Shown in pieces: positions 14,347 through 25,803 of a stretch of DNA of 64,000 nucleotides (within the stretch, counting starts at the first letter, position 1; every line of letters begins with the position of its first letter). The translations under genes and the position numbers were made by a program. The stretch is from Camelus dromedarius. Its lineage: Eukaryota. Below the pieces are notes generated by a model. That model was not told where the DNA came from and made no database searches. It saw nothing but the letters and a program-made list of their open reading frames with translations. The DNA lies in NCBI RefSeq assembly GCF_036321535.1, contig NC_087436.1, forward strand, positions 71,426,001-71,490,000, given 5' to 3'.

Positions 14347-14653
14347 CCTCTTTTAGAAATTGAGCAGTCCTCCTCAGCCCTTTTCCTATTTGAATCTCAT
14401 TTATTAGCAGCTGATCCATTTGCCCAAGCCATCTCATAAACACCTGCCCTCCTAGACTTATACCTAGAGGAGGCATCCATTAGTCAAGGCCTGCTATATA
14501 TACATCTGTTTCCACCTGCCAGGGCACATGCGAACCATGCATTCAATTGCACCTTTATGCCCACCCGCAGAAGAATGAGCCTGGCTGCCTGAAACTGTCC
14601 ATTCAAAATACCAGAACGGCTGGTGATCTAGTATTCACCTCTCCCTAAGATTT
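14347..14653 (-). pseudogene. Candidate fossil exon
   Basis: Acceptor tttcctcattctactttag|a, donor AGG|gtgagt. ILDHQPFWYFEWTVSGSQAHSSAGGHKGAIECMVRMCPGRWKQMY. Confidence 0.6.
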
Positions 14654-14712
14654 CTAAAGTAGAATGAGGAAACTTCTGCTCATGTTGCAAACTTACATCT
14701 GTCTAGGGAATT

Positions 14713-15076
14713 TTTTTTTTTCAAGTAGAATTGACTGATAATACTACATTGGTTTCAGGTGTACAACATAATGATTCAATATGTTTATAGATTACACACC
14801 ATTCAAAGTTACCATAAGATATTGACTATATTCCCTATGCTATACATTATATCCCTATTACTTACATTTTATAGCTGGTCGTTTGTACCTCTTAATCCCT
14901 TTCACCCCTCCCCTTCCCCGTTCCCTCTGGTAACCACTGGTTTGTTCTTTGTATCCGTGTTACACTAAGTGAAATAATTCAGACAGAAAAAGACAAATAC
15001 TTTATATTTTCACATACGTGTGGAGTCTAAAAAGACAAAACAAGTGAACAAATATAACAAAACAGAAACAGACTCC
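14713..15076 (-). mobile_element. Short L1 3' end with 5' inversion (twin priming)
   Basis: Poly-T and reverse 3'UTR at 14713-14959, then forward 3'UTR at 14960-15075; TSD agggaatt at 14705-14712 and 15077-15084. Confidence 0.85.
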
Positions 15077-15344
15077 AGGGAATTGTTTCGATGGGCTTTA
15101 CTACTGACCAGAGCCACGGCATCACCCTTTTCATTGTGGATGTGCTCACACACACAAAAAGGACAAATCTCTTCTTTTCATGACATCATCCTCCTGGCCT
15201 TCATCACGCTCAACATGGCTACCCTTTTAAGACAAAATGTCTGAAGTTCCCCAATCTAAGGTCAGATAATCCTGAACTGTGAGCCTCTGCTCATTTTTCC
15301 CCTTTGAGAAGGTTCTATTCAAGGTCTGTATTTTTTTCTCAGTA

Positions 15345-15466
15345 GGGAGGGTCTAGCTAAGTGATAGAGCACGCACTTAGCATGCAGGAGGTCCTGGGTT
15401 CAATTCCCAGTACCTCCATTAAAGTAAATAAAAACCTAATTACTCTCCCTTGAAAGAAAAAAAAAG
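15345..15466 (+). mobile_element. tRNA-Ala-derived SINE (camelid vic-1-like)
   Basis: Same tRNA-like head, AACCTAATTAC motif and A-tail. Confidence 0.85.
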
Positions 15467-15469
15467 AAC

Positions 15470-17690
15470 TGTAGTAATTTTCTCTAGTTGCATAAAAAAT
15501 TTCCACAAACTTAAGCTGATACTCATTTATTAGCTCACTGCTTCTGTAGCTCCAAAGTCTGGTCATACCTTAAGCTGGGTACTCTGCTTAGGGTTTCACA
15601 AAGCTGAAATTAAGATACCAGTCAGGCTGCATTCTCATCTGCAGGCTCTAAGAATGGAGCAGCATCCAAGCTCCACCAGGTTGTTGGCAGGACTGATTTC
15701 CTTGAGGCTGAAGAAAGCATTGCACTTTGCTTCTTGAAAGCCAGAAACAGAGAAAGAGAGAGTCTCTGCTGCCTGGGGTTTCTGCCTTCAGGAAAGGCCT
15801 AGGCTCTGTTTTTTGGGGGGTTTTTTCCCCTCATTTTTTTAGCTTTTATAATTTTTATTGAAGAATAGTCAGTTTACAATGTTGTATCAATTTCTGGTGT
15901 ACAGCAAAATCATTTAATCATACATATACATACATATATTCCTTTCATATTCTTTTTCATTATAGGTTACTACAAGATATTGAATATAGTTCCCTGTGCT
16001 GTACAGTGTAAACTTTTGTTTTTCTATTTTATATATAATAGTTAATATCTTCAAATCTCAAACTCCCAATTTATTCCTTCCCAACCCTTTCCCCTCCTCT
16101 GGTAACCATAAGTTTGTTTTCTATGCCTGTGAGATTGTTTCTGCTTTGTAAATAGTTCATTGGTCTTTTTCTTTTCCCACATTCCACATATAAGGGATAT
16201 CATATGGTATTTTTCTTTCTTTTTCTGGCTTACTTCACTTAGAATGACAATCTCCATGTCCATCCATGTTACTACAAATGGCATTATTTTATTTTTTATG
16301 GTTGAGTAGTATTCCATTGTATAAATATACCACAACTTCTTTATCAAGTCATCTGTCCACGGACATTTAAGGTTGCTTTCATGTTTTGGCTATTGTAAAT
16401 AGTTCTACTATGAACATTGAGGTGCATGTATCTTTTTGAATTTGAGTTCCCTCCAGATATATGCCCAGGAGAGGGATTGCTGGATCATATGGTAAGTCTA
16501 TTTTTAGTTTTTTGAGGAATCTCCATACTGTTTTCCATAATGGCTGCACCAAACTGCATTCCAACCAACAGTATATAGGGTTCCCTTTTCTCCACACTCT
16601 CTCCAGAATTAGAGGAGCCAATTAAAAACAGAAAACTCAATGGCTGAGATAAGAACCAAATTAAAGGCAGTGAAAAGCAGACTAGATAATGCAGAGGAAC
16701 AAATAAGTGACTTAGAAGATAGGATAACAGAAATCACCCAATCAGAACAGCAGACAGAAAAGCAAGTAAAAACCAATGAAAGCCATATAAGGGACTTACA
16801 GGATAATATAAAGCATGTCAATCTACACATAATAGGGGTCCCAGAAGGAGAAGAAAGAGAAAAGGGGATTGAAAAGGGATCTGAAGAAATCATGACCAAA
16901 AACTTCTCAAACCTAAAGAAGGAAACAGATATCCAAGTACGGAAGAACAGAGGGTCCCAAACAAGAAGAATCCAAATAGACCTACACCAAGATATATTAT
17001 AATTAAGATGGCCAAAGTTAAAGGTAAAGAAATTATTCTAAAGGCAGCAAGAGAAAAACAAAGAGTTAGTTACAAGGGAGACCCCTTAAGACTTTCAGCT
17101 GATTTCTCTACATAAACACTTCTGGCCAGAAGGGAGTGGCAAGATATATTCAGTTCTGAATGACAAAAACCTGCAACCTAGGATACTTTCTTTATCTGAT
17201 AAGACTGTTCTTAAGAGTAGAAGGAAAGAATTTCAGAGACAGGCAAAAACTAAAAGATCCCAGCAATACTAAACATATCCTAAAAGAAGTACTGACAGGT
17301 CTACTCTAAATAGAAAGGAAGCAGGGAGCTATAGAAAAGAGAAAATCATAATTGGAAGTGCAATTAATGAGTTGTAAGAGAATAAACATGAAGATGTTCA
17401 AAAAAAGGACATCAAAATCATAAAAGGTGGGAAAAGGCAGCAAGATAATAAAGACTTTCTCTTTTTTCTTTGTTCTTTTTAGGCTCTGGTTCTTAAAGGC
17501 TCATCTGATTAGGTCTTTTGATTAACTCACAGACAACTGATTAAGGACCTAAATTATATGTGAAATATCTTTTCATCTCTGCTATATTCTATTGGTTAGA
17601 AGGAGACCACAGATTGCACCTGCACTCAAGGAGAAGGGATTATAGGAGGGTGTGATTCAGTAGGGGGTCACTCTAGGCTGTATCTGCCAC
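15470..17690 (-). mobile_element. MaLR MLT1-type LTR split by an L1 insertion (parts about 15470-15810 and 17480-17690)
   Basis: ccacaaacttaa...atttattagctcac...ttctgtag...gttgttggcagga...ttccttg and ctattggttagaag...cactcaaggagaagggattata...ctgccaca. Confidence 0.75.
15811..17479. mobile_element. L1 with inverted 5' part: 3'UTR/ORF2 C-terminus on minus (to about 16608), ORF1 on plus (16609-about 17310)
   Basis: Track ORFs 16379-16621(-) [27 protein letters not shown] (ORF2 C-terminus) and 16640-17002(+) SRLDNAEEQISDLEDR..IIGVPEGEE (ORF1); TSD taggctctg(t/g)tt at about 15800 and 17480. Confidence 0.9.
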
Positions 17691-17730
17691 AATATCCTAA
17701 GATGAGGGGGCACTTGTCTTCTGCTATTAC

Positions 17731-17951
17731 CCATAGTCCAAAGAAGAAGGCAAATAGACAATGTATACACTGGATCAACACCTACAGGGCTACACCTATC
17801 AACTTTATCCCTCTCATCCTTATTTCTCCCTATGGAGTTAGAGCATAGTATTGAAAATTGTACCTCCACAAAGAACACGTAGACTACACTGTGCATTTCC
17901 ATTTTGGACCATACTGCACAGATTTGTTGGCTCAGCAAATGTCATAAATAA
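17731..17951 (-). pseudogene. Candidate fossil exon
   Basis: Acceptor gttctgcttctcag|t, donor TGG|gtaata. Phase-1 continuation VIYDIC*ANKSVQYGPKWKCTV*STCSLWRYNFQYYALTP. Confidence 0.5.
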
Positions 17952-18325
17952 CTGAGAAGCAGAACTCTGAGCAGGCCAGTTACTAAAGTGAAATATTTTC
18001 TTGCCTGAATAGCATGCAAAGCATTTTACTCTTTCCTTTCAGTATGTTCAGATTATATAAAAATTAAATTTAAATATTCTTTCTGCATAGAATGACTGAA
18101 CTAATCTTGTCCTTTCCTTTATTTATTTTTTGCTTCTTTTTTCTTTTCTATTAAATTCTCTTCTTTTTTATGCAAGTATTTTGAAGTTCCTTTCAGGGAT
18201 GCATTTTTCACTTCAAGAAAGTTTTAGGGGCTAAAATTGAAAGGAGAATGATTTAAGATCCCATCACTTATTTGGCTAGTGGTGTAAAAGATTTTTTAAA
18301 GACTGAGTTCAAGACAATAGTATAC

Positions 18326-18658
18326 CTTCATAACTACTTGAGAAATATACAGCAAAGAGGTCTTGAAAAGGCTGACCAATGCATGCTTCTCTTGCAGAGG
18401 TGTCTTTTGATTTTCTGCTCTTTCCTCCACAACCCCTATGCCCACTTACTAGTCTGAAGAAGACAAGTAGTACAGAAGTGCCCCCCACAGTTCTGCCCCT
18501 TATATTACTTTCTCTTCCACTCTGTTCCGTCTTTCTTATACTTGAAGAGTCTGTCTTTTGGCAAGAGTAAATACAGACTAAAAGTTTAATTGTTTAAAAT
18601 ACTGATTGTGAGAATTTTGTCCTGAGAATCATCCATTTTAGGGGCCAATAAAATAGCT
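18326..18658 (-). pseudogene. Candidate fossil exon
   Basis: Acceptor cctttttctttaactcag|a, donor AAG|gtatac. Phase 1-1 frame of 110 codons with one stop: LFYWPLKWMILRTKFSQSVF*TIKLLVCIYSC...AREACIGQPFQDLFAVYFSSSYE. Confidence 0.6.
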
Positions 18659-18821
18659 CTGAGTTAAAGAAAAAGGATAGGGTGCTTCTTACAAATCCTC
18701 AAACCACAAGTTCAAGACCACACACCTCCCACTGCAAGGATAATACTCACAAATACTGACACCACAGGCCTCCTCAGATTAGTGAACCACATCTAGTAAT
18801 GCTGCTGACATATTCCTTTAC

Positions 18822-19175
18822 CTGGCTATTTAAAAGCTATATTAATCTCCATGATCCTCCCTGAGTTCTGCGATTTCAATACCAAGGACTTCTTTCTATG
18901 ACTTTCTCCAGGCTTGAGGTTAACACACTGTCCTCAGGTTCCTTGTTTCCACACTCCATCTGGTATCTCACTTCTCTTGGTTCCAAAACAATAGACAAAA
19001 ACACGAATATATTTTCCGGGCTCTGTCAGGCTCTCTTCAGTGCCAAGACAGTGGCTGGGGGACATGGATGAACACAAGTCTAAGATATGGGCCAGAAAGA
19101 CTGCTACACACCGTAATGACAACATGGATAACTCAGACTCCCATATTCCTCAGTTTCCACACAAAAATCATGTAT
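18822..19175 (-). pseudogene. Candidate fossil exon with mutated acceptor
   Basis: Acceptor tcttctaccccttcaa| (AG>AA), donor CAG|gtaaag. GKYIRVFVYCFGTKRSEIPDGVWKQGT*GQCVNLKPGESHRKKSLVLKSQNSGRIMEINIAFK*P ends in phase 1. Confidence 0.5.
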
Positions 19176-19725
19176 TTGAAGGGGTAGAAGATTAGATTGG
19201 GATTGTGTGGTATCAGGTGTAGAAAATTACCTTGAAGACACTAGGTAGTGAGCTCATGCTTGGGGCATTAAATGAAGCATTATCAAGCTAGAGACATTGT
19301 CCAGAAGCAGTGGAGATAGCCCTAAGAACCACTTCCTGTGTTCCTGTCTCCAGTTACCTCTGCTGCTTTCTCAACTTACTAATCCTTGGCTGGTTCTCTT
19401 GGCTACTCCTCTGGCATCCACCCTGCTCAGCTTCTGGCAAGATTCCAGTTCTTAGCTTTGGCTGCCTCTTTGCTTGTGGATTGAATCTGATGCCTGCTCT
19501 AGTCTTCCTGGACTAACCTGGCAAGTCCTGTCATTTTGACCCTGTCTAGCCCCACATCGCCATCTTGTCTGAATGCCCTTTTCAAGGGTAGCTTTTAAAA
19601 AGTGATAGAACACTTCAATGCTTCTTCAGAATCTCCAGTTATTTTTTCTTTTTTAAGTAATGTATCTTCTTACTTCTTGCCAGATTTTGGAATATATATC
19701 CTAATCTTAAATTTGTAAATTTCTA

Positions 19726-19885
19726 GGGGGGTGGGTTAGCTCAGTGGTAGAGTGCAATATTTAGCATGCACAAGGTCCTGGGTTCAAACTCTGGTATCTC
19801 CATTTAAAAAATAAATAATAAACAAACAAACAAACAAACCAAACTACCTCCTCCTCCAAAAAAATTTTATAAATAAATAAATAAA
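19726..19885 (+). mobile_element. tRNA-Ala-derived SINE (camelid vic-1-like)
   Basis: Same head; approximate TSD aaattt(g/agc)taaatttct. Confidence 0.85.
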
Positions 19886-20171
19886 TTTAGCTAAATTTCT
19901 CTTCCAATAAAGATGGGGGAAGCATTCTTTTACTGAATAAAATACAATGCATTTTAAAGATTAAATTCAATTTTAAATTTTAATGAGTGAATTCCAGGAA
20001 GGTACGAAATATATTCCACCTGACATATAAAAAATGAGAAATTTATTAATTCATGCATCATCTAATTGTTTTAAAGGACGTATGCATCAAAATCTGTATA
20101 GGAAATATCTTAAATGAGGGATAGCTGTATTTTAGTAGAACAAGCATTGAAAATGTATCAGAATATTTTTT

Positions 20172-21296
20172 AGCTTTTGCACAGCAAAGGAAACCATAAG
20201 CAAAACAAAACAACAACCTGTAGAATGAGGGTACATATTTGCAAATGATGTGACTGACAAAGGTTTAATTTCCAGAATATATAAACAGATCATACAACTT
20301 AATAATTAAAAAAAAAAACAACCCAGTCCAAAAATGCGCAGAAGACCTACACAAGCAATTCTCTAATAAAGACATACAAATGGCCAATAGGCACATGAAA
20401 ACATGCTCAATAGCAGTAGTTACCAGAGAAATGTAAATCAAAACTACAATGAGGTATCACCTCACACCAGTCAGAATGGCCATCATTCAAAAGTTCACAA
20501 ATGTCAAATGCTGGAGAGGCTGTGGAGAAAAGGGAACCCTCCTACACTGTTGGTGGGAATGCAGTTTTGTGCAGCCATTGTGGAAAACAGTATGGAGATT
20601 CCTCAAAAGACTAGGAATAGACTTACCATATGACCCAGGAATCCCATTCCTAGACAAATATCCAGAGGGAACTCAAATTCGAAAAGATACATGCATCCCA
20701 ATGTTCATAGCAGCACTGTATACAATAGCCAAGACATAGAAACAACATAAATGTCCATGGATAGATGACTTGATAAAGAAGTTGTCGTATATTTATACAA
20801 TGGAATACTACTCAGTCATAAAAATAATAAAATAATGCCCTTTGCAGCAACATGGATGGATCTGGAGATCATCATTCTAAGTGAAGTGAGCCACAAAGAG
20901 AAAGAAAAATACCATATGATATCACTCATATGTGGAACCTAAAAAAAAACAGAACAAGAAAAGGAAAAAGAAGACCTCATGAACTTATTTACAAAACAAA
21001 AACAGACTCACAGACGTAGTAGATAAACTTTTGGTTACCAGGGAGAAAGGGGTGGGAAGGGAAAAATTGGGAGTTCAAGATGTACAAATACTAATTAAAT
21101 ATGTAAAATAGATAAAAAACAGATTTCTTCTATACAGCACAGGGAACTATATTCAATACCTTGTAGTAACGTATAATGAAAAAGAATATGAAAACAATTA
21201 TACCTATGTATATGTATGACTCAAACATTATGCTGTACACCAGAAATTGGCACACTATAACTGACTATACTTCAATTGAAAACAAAGAAAAGAAAA
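20172..21296 (+). mobile_element. 5'-truncated L1 (ORF2 C-terminus, 3'UTR, poly-A)
   Basis: [13 protein letters not shown]...[18 protein letters not shown] (L1 ORF2 cysteine-rich domain); 15-bp TSD gaaaatgtatcagaa at 20149-20163 and 21297-21311. Confidence 0.95.
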
Positions 21297-21498
21297 GAAA
21301 ATGTATCAGAACACTTGAATTTCTGTCCCAGTTCTGCCTACTACAAGGTGAGGTAGCTTTTCTAAGCCTTAGTTTTTATTAATTGTAATAGAAGGATATG
21401 AATATTTAAAACTGCACAATATTTTATTTATAATGAATATTGCTGATACTATGAGAATTAAATATAATCTATATTTCTTTGGCTCTTATTCCAGTTAC

Positions 21499-22735
21499 TT
21501 GGAAAGATTCCTTCCCCATCTTCTGCAACTCATCAGCTGAAGTCAAATGTGCTCACCAACTATGCAGTCACCTGTCCCATCACACACTCAAAACACACTC
21601 TTGCCTCTGCTGGTACTGCTGATCACATGGGTAACATCAATACTGCCAGGTACTGTCACCCTCTATGCTGGGTACTGCCAAGATCTAGTTGATACCAGAT
21701 CTTCTTGGTACCAGGTCTACCAAATATCAATTTTCATAAAGAAAACCAGTGCCAGACAGAAGCAGTAAAAGCAGCTTTTATTCCAATGGGGGAAAAGAGA
21801 CCTCAGTATAGAACTGGGCTCAATTCTGAATACTGCATGGACAAGGGGGATTTATAGCCAAGGAGCAGGATGGGGGTCAGTGGATGAAAAATTACTAAGA
21901 GGAAACATCAGAGGTAAGGAGGGATTCTGGCTAAATCAACTTGACAAGATCATTGCTGAAGGCAGGCCAGGGTGATCAGATGTAAAGTTGGGATATGAAG
22001 AATTTGATCAGACATCTGGGGTGATCAAATATTGAGGGTGAGGATTCTTGTAAAACTGACTTAACCAGATTCTCACTACAATTGGGTATTGCAGGCCCTA
22101 CAGGGACAGATGCCAAAGTTCAGACCTAGACGGCTTAGAGGAGGCTGACTAAAGTTTAATCAAGGAGAGGGTCCTGCCACTTCTCACATGGAGAGTTGCT
22201 CCGTTTAGCTGCTGTTTCATCTGTGTTTCGCTACCTGCCAGGCACTCCTGTAGCTGCTTTTTACTTTTTCATACATTAGTCTCTGCGGCCAGACTCCAAA
22301 GCCATCTCCCACAAAGGACCACTGTCTCCCAGGAGACCCTGTGGTGAATGTTCTGGAACTCTTGACGGGCCAAAGTAGGGGGAATCTAATGTTTTTTGGA
22401 GAGAACTAAAGCAATGCTGCCTCTTCTTCTGCATGAGTTTTAATAAAAACAACTTTTTTTTCTTGGTTTTACTCATACTTCTCCCCAGACGACCTAGACG
22501 TAGGTCCATGGAGGTAGAACCAGTAACTAATACAGGTGACAAAGTGACTCTACCCAGAGTCACTCCGCCTCTCCAACGCTATTGCTCTATTTTGGGGCCC
22601 AGCTTGCGAGTGCCTCCATCTTCCCCAGGAGCCTGCCTAGTCACTCGTCTGCGCAGACTGCTGGCAGGCTGCCCCCGGTTCATAGCACATGCCTAGGCGC
22701 ATCTAAAGCCAAGCTTATGCTCAAATCAGATACCC
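21499..22735 (-). pseudogene. Candidate fossil exon split by an LTR (21690-22179)
   Basis: GC/CpG-richer unique sequence on both sides of the LTR. About 100-codon open stretch (track ORF 22276-22563) within a frame of about 170 codons; donor CAA|gtaact at 21498; acceptor position uncertain. Confidence 0.45.
21690..22179 (-). mobile_element. Solo ERV LTR (resembles old MER-series LTRs; subfamily not assigned)
   Basis: 490 bp bounded by TG...CA; minus-strand AATAAA near 21780; internal gtgatcagat / ctaaactgactt-like repeats; TSD not clear. Confidence 0.7.
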
Positions 22736-22776
22736 TTAGTATACACGCAAAACATTTTTACGATAATAAAGATTAA

Positions 22777-22908
22777 GAAGGAGGGTATAGCTCAGTGGTA
22801 GAGTGTCTGCCTAGCATGCACAAGGTCCTGGGTTCAATCCCCAGTACTTCCATTAAAAAAATAAATAAAAACAAATAAAACTAATAACCTCCCTCCCCCC
22901 CAAAAATA
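22777..22908 (+). mobile_element. tRNA-Ala-derived SINE (camelid vic-1-like)
   Basis: Same head; perfect 14-bp TSD ataataaagattaa at 22763-22776 and 22909-22922. Confidence 0.9.
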
Positions 22909-23106
22909 ATAATAAAGATTAAAAGAGAGGTCACACACCATTTAAGAGAAGAAAAGGTGTTGTACTTTGATTTCTCTTCCTAGTAGTTTCTAATGACTTT
23001 AGAACTTCTAGGTGAGAATATCATTATAATTAAGCAATACTTTCAGCTCTAAGCTTTCTGGCTGCCAAGATGAACATAATGCAGTCCATGTGCCCCCCGA
23101 TCTCAC

Positions 23107-23428
23107 CTTGTAATGCAAAATAAGGTTACATTTCTGGTAATTTCCGAATCGATTTTAGGAGGTGCACTTTTGTATTGAGTTCCTCTTCCCAAACGATTTC
23201 TGGAAATCTCTGAGGAACTCTTAGGCATTCTACAAATCCATCCTGGTGGTCTCTTTTCAGTTCTGCCAGCCGTCTGGGCTCCCAACCTCTGTTTCAGAGC
23301 TCTTGAAGGTCACATCACATTATTTCATAACTTGATTCTTGGTGATGCCTTCTCAGGGACACGGATCCCTTGGTTAAATTTTTCTAATGTGTCTAGTAAT
23401 ACAGTGCTCTGCAAAATTTCATTGACTG
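23107..23428 (-). pseudogene. Candidate fossil exon
   Basis: 110-bp intron from previous exon, acceptor ctgttgtccctttag|c, donor AAG|gtgaga. Phase-0 frame QSMKFCRALYY*TH*KNL...EIM*CDLQEL*NRGWEPRRLAELKRDHQDGFVECLRVPQRFPEIVWEEELNTKVHLLKSIRKLPEM*PYFALQ. Confidence 0.6.
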
Positions 23429-23538
23429 CTAAAGGGACAACAGAAGTACAATTTTCAGTGTCTCACATGACTAAATCCTGACTTTTATAGGAATTAAATA
23501 CACATCAAGATCTTAAGCAGCTTTTACATGGCAGTTAC

Positions 23539-23760
23539 CAGATTAACGTCCACCAGCTTTAGCCTCCATGCTGGTTGTTTTTTGGACATTTTCATGTCTC
23601 CATGTCTGATCTTGCAACTCTTAATCTTACAGAATGGAGGGTCCTCTCCCCTTCGTGCTAAAATTTCCTCATCTCCCACCCAGGTAAAATCATAGATTGG
23701 GATATCCTTTTCCTCAAAAAAAGCTACAACCCTTCTCAACTCATGGAGTGTGATCAAAAC
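23539..23760 (-). pseudogene. Best-preserved candidate exon (74 codons, fully open, phase 0-0)
   Basis: Acceptor ttcttcttgtcctgtctag|g, donor CTG|gtaact. VLITLHELRRVVAFFEEKDIPIYDFTWVGDEEILARRGEDPPFCKIKSCKIRHGDMKMSKKQPAWRLKLVDVNL. Confidence 0.7.
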
Positions 23761-24585
23761 CTAGACAGGACAAGAAGAATATTTCAGACTGTTTCCTGAA
23801 TGTTACATTATTCAGTCTTAAACAGCATCATATGAGGCATGCCCACAGTTTGATCAAAATCTATGCTTATGTAATTATTACTCTGATTTCTCAAAGGCAT
23901 AATGCAGAAAAATATAAACTTTTGCTAGTGAACAAACACAAAACACCCAATCTGCAGCATCTACGTTCAGGTTTAAGATGACCTCACAATACCACTCCCT
24001 GGGTTGGTACTTATTTTATAGTGGGGTAACTAGAGTCTTACTGGTGATTTTTTTAAAAAACAAAATATATCTGTTTTAAAAATTTGCTTCTATACTGCCC
24101 CAAACCCCAAACCTCCAGAAATTCACAAAAAGAAGTTGTTTCTTTTAAAATATTAAAACTCTGGTTTTATCGAGTACTCCAGTGAGTTACTAGGACTACC
24201 TCTACTACTAGTTATTTATAGAAGTAGTCGTCTGTAAAACCCATGAGCTCACCTCATGTCCCATGCACTGTGCTTGGTGCTGATGCTGTGGCATGAACAG
24301 GAAAGAACAGCTCCCGGCACCTGGGGAATCTGTAGCTTAGCAATTAATAAGTATCAGCCACTATTTTAATTACATTATCTCACTTAATACCTTATTCTCT
24401 CAACAGCTTATGGAGAGTTAGGGCTTTACTTTCATTCTATAAATGAAGAAACTGAGGCTTAGAGAGTTTAAATAATCTATTCAATTCATGCAACAAAAAC
24501 ATATGGTAGAACTAGTAACTGAAGCAAAATCCTGTATTAACCACAAAACTATGTTCATTGAGAACTGATAGAAAGAAAATGTTAC

Positions 24586-24925
24586 CCTGGGACCTACAGA
24601 TCTTCTGAGAACAATTATTTAGTTGCAGATAGCAAATGATTCTGCTTTGGTCAAATTTAGATCAACTAACTTGATGGTATCAAAGGTAAATTTAATATTC
24701 AGTTCTATCGAATAATCTCATGACAGGTGACTGTCAAAGACCCAAAACATCATACTTACGGACCAAGAGGGACAACTTGTGTGTGGGACATGTTATGGTA
24801 TGTGTCAGGTTTAGGAAAACCTGACAACTTTTTTTTATTATTATTATTCATTAGCTATCTCCGCACAGATGTGCCTCCTAGCACTGTTATTCAGTTTTTT
24901 ACATTTCATACACCTTGCTTCGTTT
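24586..24925 (-). pseudogene. Candidate fossil exon
   Basis: Acceptor aatttaattttag|a, donor AGG|gtaaca (alternative internal donor TCC|gtaagt near 24755). FWVFDSHLS*DYSIELNIKFTFDTIKLVDLNL. Confidence 0.35.
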
Positions 24926-25039
24926 CTAAAATTAAATTTATATATATATATTTACATGTATTATATATACATATATGTCCAACTATTTAGTGTTTAATAA
25001 CAGGATTTCTAAAATTAAAATTTGAATTGTCTTCTTAGG

Positions 25040-25238
25040 CAAGGTTGCCTTAGGACTTAGCAAATAAAAAATAAAAATAGAGAACACTTAGTTTACTTCG
25101 AATTTCAGATAAACAACAAATACTTTTTTTAGTATGTCCTATGCAATATTTGGGAAATGTTTATACTAAAAGAAAAATTCATTGCTTCTCTGAAATATAA
25201 ATGTAACTAGGTGCCCTGTATTTTATCTGGCAGCCTTA
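25040..25238. mobile_element. MER53 palindromic MITE
   Basis: aggttgcc...ttagcaaataaaaa...gaatttcagataaacaac...gccctgtattttatctggcagcctta. Confidence 0.85.
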
Positions 25239-25803
25239 TTCTACAGACACAGGCTTAAATCTCTAAACTGTTACTTTAACTTTGTCTACTGGTTATTTCA
25301 GGGTGCCTCATGAAAAATGAACACTTGTTCGAATCTATTTGGAAATTCTGGTGTGGACCACTTAATCTGCGAAATGGCTTAGTAGCTCCCTGATAGTTAC
25401 TTGCTACTACAGAGATTTACAGCATATGTGGACCTTGATCTGAACTACAGTCAACTCAAAAAACTGTCTATGATACTCTGTTATTTTCTGCTGTGCAGAA
25501 GCCAAGCTAATTATGGATTTCTCTGGAGGAAAACACATCCATTGATTTTAAGTTGTTTTGAGGAATGTTAATTTAATGTAAGTTTCCTTCTGCCATGACT
25601 GCGACTTTCATATATTGTACACAACAGTTGGGTAGAACACAAAATGCCTTTTGTTGAGATGTCTGGAGTTTTGCCATTTTGTTTGTTTAGCTTTAAGGAA
25701 GCAATCTGGGGAGATGGACTGGTGAAAGGCAGAGGAAGTTATTAGAGACTCGAGGCGAAGTTCTTTCACCTGAGGTCACTGAACTTCTGAGGTGGCAGGT
25801 TAC

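Noticed and set aside
16640..17002. L1 ORFs (also 16379-16621, 20449-20739) and ERVL ORF 50119-50619 as host genes
   Set aside because: They are fragments of retroelements with frameshifts and truncation.
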